Below are positions 25,748 through 30,033 of a stretch of 30,033 nt of DNA, piece after piece (the stretch's first letter is position 1; each line of letters starts with the position of its first letter). The notes beneath the pieces were generated by a model that was not told where the DNA came from, made no database searches, and saw nothing but the letters and a program-made list of their open reading frames with translations. The DNA is from a virus (taxonomy: Duplodnaviria; Caudoviricetes): the IMG/VR virus record IMGVR_UViG_3300046002_000554, positions 1 to 30,033 of that record; one strand, written 5' to 3'. The translations under genes and the position numbers were made by a program.

Positions 25748-25764
25748 AATGCAAAGATAAGGAT

Positions 25765-25786
25765 ATCACACGACATGTCGTGTGAT
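25765..25786. repeat. Perfect 22-bp palindrome ATCACACGACATGTCGTGTGAT
   Basis: Self-reverse-complementary; intergenic, 5 nt upstream of the TATCTTTG box at 25752-25759. Confidence 0.95.
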
Positions 25787-25957
25787 CTACTCGTTCTCTT
25801 CTTTCTCCTTCTTCCCGTATGGTAACAGCTCATTGAGCTTCTCCTGCCTTGCGTCGCAGCCGCAATTCTCGCCGAAAAGGCTTTTTACTAACGCATGTAT
25901 GCCCGTGGCCTGCGTGATCGCAGCAACCGTGTCTCCAAGTCCCTTGTGCTTGTTCAT
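25787..25957 (-). CDS. Small GLGD/CGC-motif protein, 56 aa (track shows the wrong frame)
   Basis: MNKHKGLGDTVAAITQATGIHALVKSLFGENCGCDARQEKLNELLPYGKKEKEENE*; TAATTTTG box 4 nt upstream; motif familiar from aquatic phages. Confidence 0.8.
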   Translation of the reverse strand: MNKHKGLGDTVAAITQATGIHALVKSLFGENCGCDARQEKLNELLPYGKKEKEENE

Positions 25958-25984
25958 GTAACAAAATTAGTTTAAATTTGTTAC
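25958..25984. promoter_or_regulatory. Back-to-back divergent -7 boxes
   Basis: TAATTTTG on minus (25962-25969) and TAAATTTG on plus (25973-25980), inside the inverted repeat GTAACAAA-N11-TTTGTTAC. Confidence 0.7.
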
Positions 25985-25996
25985 AAATCAAACTAA

Positions 25997-26464
25997 ATGG
26001 ACAACAAAGAACTAGCACAGAAGCTAGCGTACATGCCGATCATATCGAAGTATGTACAACGTAAGTACGAAATTACAGCGGCGCAGATGAGCGTGCTGCT
26101 TTTCATCTACCACAAGCGGCTGTTCCCGCTACGCCAGTACTTCAACTACAAGTGCATGTTCAAGTGGGAGGCCAAGGCGTTCCACGAGATGCAGCGCCGT
26201 GGTTTTATGAAGATTGCAAAGGAGTCGTCCAAGAAACTGGGCGTTATCTACGCATCGACCCGCAAGACCGACAAGATCGTTGAGGAGTTCTTTGAGATGC
26301 TACGCGACGATGTCTACATCTCCACTGACCCGGAAGTGAACCCGCTATTTAAGCGGGAAGACTTCCAAGACAAAGTTTTTTCTAATTTTATGAAGGCAAT
26401 CAATCGAGAACGAGAACGACGTCCCGCTCCTGGATTATATGATACGGACGATTCTGAATTCTAA
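25997..26464 (+). CDS. MarR-like winged-helix protein, 155 aa
   Basis: KYEITAAQMSVLLFIY...MQRRGFMKI...IYASTRKTDKIVE matches the MarR helix-1 and wing pattern; own promoter box and A-rich leader. Confidence 0.6.
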   Translation: MDNKELAQKLAYMPIISKYVQRKYEITAAQMSVLLFIYHKRLFPLRQYFNYKCMFKWEAKAFHEMQRRGFMKIAKESSKKLGVIYASTRKTDKIVEEFFEMLRDDVYISTDPEVNPLFKREDFQDKVFSNFMKAINRERERRPAPGLYDTDDSEF

Positions 26465-26663
26465 CGCCGTGACCGGCCCTACGGTCATAGTATATGACCG
26501 TAGCTTCGGTAATCGCTGCTATTACATCCTCACCAACATGAACACATGTGGCCTTCCCGTACCGCAGGTCGTTCTCGTCTGTTGATGTCATGATGAGCCC
26601 AGAGGAGGCTTTTGTCTCCTCTTTGATTGGCTCGATTACTATGTATTTTCCGATGGCTCTCAT
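26400..26663 (-). CDS. groES: Co-chaperonin GroES (phage), 87 aa
   Basis: AIGKYIVIEP..ETKASSGLIM..GKATCVHVG..YHIIQERDVVLV; ATGA-coupled after groEL. Confidence 0.85.
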   Translation of the reverse strand: MRAIGKYIVIEPIKEETKASSGLIMTSTDENDLRYGKATCVHVGEDVIAAITEATVIYYDRRAGHGVRIQNRPYHIIQERDVVLVLD

Positions 26664-28231
26664 TTGGCTCTTGCGTTAGTGATGATACAGTTGGTGCTCA
26701 TGATGGTCGTGGCGACGCTTACGGCGTTCTCTAAGGCACTCTTGGTGACCTTTAGAGGGTCTATGATACCCATCTCGATCATGTTGCCTACACGGGCCTC
26801 TTTTACGTCGTAGCCGTAGCCGAACTGTCCTTGATATCCCAAGGCGATGTCGCCCTTGATCTCGTTCGCGTCGTAGCCGCCGTTGGCCAAGATGGTATTG
26901 AACGGCTGCTGCATGGCATGCTTGAGGATGTTCTTTGCTGTCGAGCAGCCACACATCTCGCCCGCGATGTTCAGCAATGCCACACCGCCACCGGGCAGAA
27001 TGCCTCCCTCCATGGCGGCCTTGGTCGCGTACACCGCGTCCTCGACCCTGTCCTTCTTCTCTTTCATCTCCACGTCGCTCTGTGCGCCGACGTAGATAAC
27101 ACCAACACCACCTGCAAGGTTCGCCAAACGCTCCTCTAGGTGCTTTTTCACGTACTCGTTGGTCGCTTCCTCCAATTTGGTGCGAATGGAGTCGACGCGT
27201 GTCGCTGTGTGTTGAGCAAAGCTATCGTCGGTGACGATAACAGTGCTGTCCTTAGCTACCACCACCTTGTTGGCGTGTCCTAGGTCAGCGAACGAGATAG
27301 TGAACAGGTTGTCGCCCGTCTCGTCAGAGATGTACTTGGCGCCGGTTGCTGCTGCAATGTCCTCCATGATCTCCGAGCGGTTGGCACCGAAGCTTGGTGG
27401 AACGATGGCGCAGACCTTGATCACGCCCTTCATCTTGTTTAAGTTTAGGCTGTTCAATGCGTTCTCCGCCAGCTCAGCGATGATCAGTATGCTCTTGCCC
27501 TGCTGCACGATCGGCGCAAGCAGGTGCTCGATGTTGTTCAGAGACGATATCTCCTGGTCAGAAACCAGTATGTAGCAGTCCTCGAGGATCGCTTCGTTCT
27601 TTTTCTGGTCCGTGATGAAGTATTTCGACATGTAGCCCCTGTTGAGCTTCATGCCAGACACCACCTCTGAATAAGTCGTCGCGTTATTAGACGCCTCAAC
27701 CGTTACCACGCCGTCTTTTGACACCATGGTGTACGCGTCAGCGATGATCTGCCCCAGCTCTGGGTCGTTATTTGCCGAGATGGTGGCCACAGACGCAAGC
27801 GACTCGTCGGTTACCGGTATCGCCATCGCGTCCAGCGCCTGTCCAACGGCAACTGCAAGGTCTTTCACCTCTCTGAGAACCTTTGTTGGGTTGTCCTCGG
27901 GCTTGATGAACTGCTGGTATCCATGGATCAGGGCCTGCGTTAGCACTACAGACGTGGTTGTACCGTCACCGGCGGCTGTTGCGGTCCTCTCAGATGCCTC
28001 ACGGACCATCTGCACGGCAAGATTCTGCGTCGGATCGTCCAACACGATGGACCTCGCGACGGTTACACCGTCTTTTGAAATGGCTAGGCCATGTGTGTGT
28101 TGGTCAGACTCGATCAATACGGTCTGGCCACGGGCTCCGAGGGTGGATTTTACGGCATCGGCGATGATATCAATGCCAGACACCAGCTTTGCACGGGCGT
28201 CAGCCCCAAATTCTACATTTTTTACAATCAT
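26660..28231 (-). CDS. groEL: Chaperonin GroEL (phage), 523 aa; start corrected to 28231
   Basis: DAVKSTLG, KDGVTVA, AGDGTTT, EKKDRVEDA, PGGGVAL, GIIDPLKV; no GGM tail. Confidence 0.95.
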   Translation of the reverse strand: MIVKNVEFGADARAKLVSGIDIIADAVKSTLGARGQTVLIESDQHTHGLAISKDGVTVARSIVLDDPTQNLAVQMVREASERTATAAGDGTTTSVVLTQALIHGYQQFIKPEDNPTKVLREVKDLAVAVGQALDAMAIPVTDESLASVATISANNDPELGQIIADAYTMVSKDGVVTVEASNNATTYSEVVSGMKLNRGYMSKYFITDQKKNEAILEDCYILVSDQEISSLNNIEHLLAPIVQQGKSILIIAELAENALNSLNLNKMKGVIKVCAIVPPSFGANRSEIMEDIAAATGAKYISDETGDNLFTISFADLGHANKVVVAKDSTVIVTDDSFAQHTATRVDSIRTKLEEATNEYVKKHLEERLANLAGGVGVIYVGAQSDVEMKEKKDRVEDAVYATKAAMEGGILPGGGVALLNIAGEMCGCSTAKNILKHAMQQPFNTILANGGYDANEIKGDIALGYQGQFGYGYDVKEARVGNMIEMGIIDPLKVTKSALENAVSVATTIMSTNCIITNARAK

Positions 28232-28259
28232 ATTTGATTTAATTTGATGCAAATATAAC

Positions 28260-28284
28260 AAAAAAAGGGCCGTTAAGCCCTTTT
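28260..28284 (-). terminator. Intrinsic terminator upstream of groEL
   Basis: Minus strand AAAAGGGC-TTAACG-GCCCTTTT followed by further T residues. Confidence 0.8.
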
Positions 28285-28304
28285 CTGTCACATTGTCGTG
28301 AAAA

Positions 28305-28484
28305 TTATTTCTTCTTGACCTTGATGCTGCTGGTAGGAACGGCCTTTACGAAGCTCTTGTTCTTGCCCTTTGGCTTCAAGTTCGGATCGCGTGTTACGTT
28401 ATACGCAGCAACGCTGTCTTGGTACGACTTGGTGGGGGCAGTGGCCCTGTACACGTTCGTCATTGGCTTCTTTGGATTTTTCAT
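28305..28484 (-). CDS. Small Lys-rich protein, 59 aa (not in ORF track)
   Basis: MKNPKKPMTNVYRATAPTKSYQDSVAAYNVTRDPNLKPKGKNKSFVKAVPTSSIKVKKK*; TACATTTG box 4 nt upstream, terminator downstream. Confidence 0.75.
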   Translation of the reverse strand: MKNPKKPMTNVYRATAPTKSYQDSVAAYNVTRDPNLKPKGKNKSFVKAVPTSSIKVKKK

Positions 28485-28497
28485 TATGCAAATGTAC

Positions 28498-29076
28498 TTA
28501 TAAATCCCTACTCTCGATCAGCGTGTAGGTCCACTTCTCTCCCTTGTCCAACTGCACAATCTTCATAAACTCATCGAAGTCCTTGATCCGCTTAAACACT
28601 TGACATCCCTCAGACCAGTTCTCTACCACCGCCGAGTCGGCGCCCGCGTGGTGGATGTTGATGCCAAAGATTCCGGTGTCAACCTTGGTCTCATCGAAGA
28701 CCATGTCCTTGTTCGCGTCCCTGTATACCTTCACCGGCCCGCATTGCTTCAATGCCTTGTACTTGCCCTGATGCAAACCAACAAAGTGTGATCCTGGGTA
28801 CTGCCCCGGTACAACGCGTGCAACGCCACCCGCATTGTGGAACTGCTTCACAGCTTTCGCCCCCGGATCAGTAGTACACGCCCACTTGTGGAAACACCAC
28901 AGGCCCTTGTCGTTCTTGTAGGATAAAGTCATCCAGTCGTCAAAGACGTTCGTTACTTTCTTGCCGGGACTGGAGTTCCGCACACCAATCACATTCATGT
29001 TGTACTCTCCATTGTCGAAGTACTTGTAACCAAGCTTGGCACAAGCAGCCATTACGTTTTCTCTAGTAATATCCAT
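28498..29076 (-). CDS. YkuD/L,D-transpeptidase-fold cysteine peptidase, candidate endolysin, 192 aa; start corrected to 29076
   Basis: INIH-x15-C motif (IHHAGADSAVVENWSEGCQ); NVIGVRN, FDD, TTDPG motifs; TATATTTG box 4 nt upstream. Confidence 0.65.
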   Translation of the reverse strand: MDITRENVMAACAKLGYKYFDNGEYNMNVIGVRNSSPGKKVTNVFDDWMTLSYKNDKGLWCFHKWACTTDPGAKAVKQFHNAGGVARVVPGQYPGSHFVGLHQGKYKALKQCGPVKVYRDANKDMVFDETKVDTGIFGINIHHAGADSAVVENWSEGCQVFKRIKDFDEFMKIVQLDKGEKWTYTLIESRDL

Positions 29077-29127
29077 TGTGCAAATATAAGCCATGTGCAC
29101 GAAAGAGCAAAATGACCTAAAGTTCAT

Positions 29128-29337
29128 TTGTGTCGATTTTACTACCTCCTACTAGTAATATATATAAATATATATATTTATATTTTTTTTAAATCCTTAA
29201 TCAACAAGAAAAAAACGACACAAATAGAATAATATATTAGAAATCAATGAGTTAGACCATGTCGCCTCCAGTGTCACTTTAAGTAGAATCGACACCTGTC
29301 CACGCAAAACCGACACTTATCCACAAAAAGCGACACA
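29128..29337. other. Candidate replication origin
   Basis: AT-only tract ~29157-29194, CGACAC repeats in both orientations, perfect DnaA box TTATCCACA at 29317-29325. Confidence 0.55.
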
Positions 29338-29403
29338 TAATCAAGCCTCTTTTTGACTTATTTCGTAGCAGGTCTGTAAGAGCTGCGCTGACATTTGGCA
29401 TGT

Positions 29404-29439
29404 AAAACAGAAAAGGCCCCGATGTCGGAGCCTTCTGTT
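29404..29439 (-). terminator. Intrinsic terminator
   Basis: Minus strand AAGGCTCCG-ACAT-CGGGGCCTT followed by TTCTGTTTT. Confidence 0.75.
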
Positions 29440-29453
29440 GGGACCAGGTGGAC

Positions 29454-29633
29454 TTACTTGCAGCTGCCTTTCACCTTCATGGTGAGTGGCATGTCTGTCA
29501 TTTTCTTCGCCATTGACATGGCTTCCGCCATCATCATGGTCTTCTTTGCCTGCTTCATCATGGCTTTTTGCTCCGCCATTTTGGCGATGCCTGATGTCTG
29601 TGGAGGCATCGGATTGTTAAGTGGTTTCTTCAT
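29454..29633 (-). CDS. Met/Lys-rich microprotein, 59 aa (not in ORF track)
   Basis: MKKPLNNPMPPQTSGIAKMAEQKAMMKQAKKTMMMAEAMSMAKKMTDMPLTMKVKGSCK*; variant box TAACTTCG 4 nt upstream; terminator downstream. Confidence 0.7.
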   Translation of the reverse strand: MKKPLNNPMPPQTSGIAKMAEQKAMMKQAKKTMMMAEAMSMAKKMTDMPLTMKVKGSCK

Positions 29634-29642
29634 AATGCGAAG

Positions 29643-29777
29643 TTACCAAATAAATGTTATGCGGAATAAACCCAAGTTGATGTCCAGTTCCTGGTGCTCG
29701 CCAGGATAGTTGGACTGAAAGTACTCGACGCCGAATAGAAAGGCGGAGGGAAATAATAAGGAGATCTCGATACCCAT
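29643..29777 (-). CDS. Small beta-rich hypothetical protein, 44 aa (not in ORF track)
   Basis: MGIEISLLFPSAFLFGVEYFQSNYPGEHQELDINLGLFRITFIW*; TACATTTG box 4 nt upstream. Confidence 0.7.
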   Translation of the reverse strand: MGIEISLLFPSAFLFGVEYFQSNYPGEHQELDINLGLFRITFIW

Positions 29778-29791
29778 GTAGCAAATGTAAG

Positions 29792-29872
29792 TATAAGTCG
29801 CCAGACTTATAAGTGCCAATTATAAACCTATAGGCTTATAATCGACCATATAGTTTATACCTGTAGGTATAA
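29792..29872. repeat. Cluster of three TATA-bounded inverted repeats
   Basis: TATAAGTC-gcca-GACTTATA (29792-29811), ATTATAAaCCTATAGGcTTATAAT (29819-29842), TTATACCT-gt-AGGTATAA (29855-29872). Confidence 0.85.
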
Positions 29873-29973
29873 TACCGGGGAGTACTAGATGTGTAGAGAT
29901 TCTGGGTAACCCCCCCACAGCGCGCAGCGGGCCCCCGATCGGAAAGTGATCTTTTTCGACCCACCCCCCTCGG

Positions 29974-30021
29974 TTTTGCTCCGCCCGTCCCGTTTTTTTG
30001 GCGTTTTTGCTCCGCCCGTCC
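29974..30021 (+). repeat. 17-bp direct repeat TTTTGCTCCGCCCGTCC x2 in a C-run-rich non-coding region
   Basis: Copies at 29974-29990 and 30005-30021. Confidence 0.9.
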
Positions 30022-30033
30022 GCCCCGTGCTAG

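Noticed and set aside
25830-26018. 62-aa minus ORF in the track
   Set aside because: Wrong frame; the overlapping 25787-25957 frame has a recognisable motif and a correctly spaced promoter.
29290-29337. Possible mini-CRISPR array
   Set aside because: Repeat core is only 6 nt with 14-15 nt related spacers; fits iterons, not CRISPR. No cas genes.
29395-29709. 104-aa plus-strand hydrophobic ORF
   Set aside because: Antisense to two minus-strand microproteins that have promoter boxes and a terminator; it starts at TTG and crosses the terminator.
1-30033. Stop-codon reassignment as seen in some crAss-like phages
   Set aside because: Core genes are full length in the standard code, and TAA, TAG and TGA all serve as apparent real stops.
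1-30033. tRNA or structured ncRNA genes
   Set aside because: No cloverleaf or T-loop signature seen in the few intergenic gaps; tRNAscan/Infernal was not run.

Overview
The window is the virion/morphogenesis arm of a tailed phage of Bacteroidota (Flavobacteria-like host inferred from TAnnTTTG promoters and A-rich, SD-less leaders). The proteins resemble those of crAss-like podoviruses and their environmental relatives. Nearly all genes are on the minus strand. Read right to left they are: small ORFs, a candidate origin, a YkuD-like lysin, groEL-groES, two head-spike/fibre modules, membrane and small basic proteins, three fibre genes, a tandem GroES-like protein, terminase, portal, scaffold, major capsid, ring/adaptor proteins and a >1220-aa tail stabilisation protein. 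That last gene runs off the window, is missing from the ORF track, and carries a BACON-like insert. Only one plus-strand gene looks real (a winged-helix regulator). The most striking signal is regulatory: about 20 TAnnTTTG boxes, 11 of them exactly 4 nt before an ATG, which suggests pervasive leaderless, single-gene expression cassettes. Several small ORFs missed by the track and several corrected start codons follow from this motif. All functional calls come from motif recognition by eye; no database search was run.
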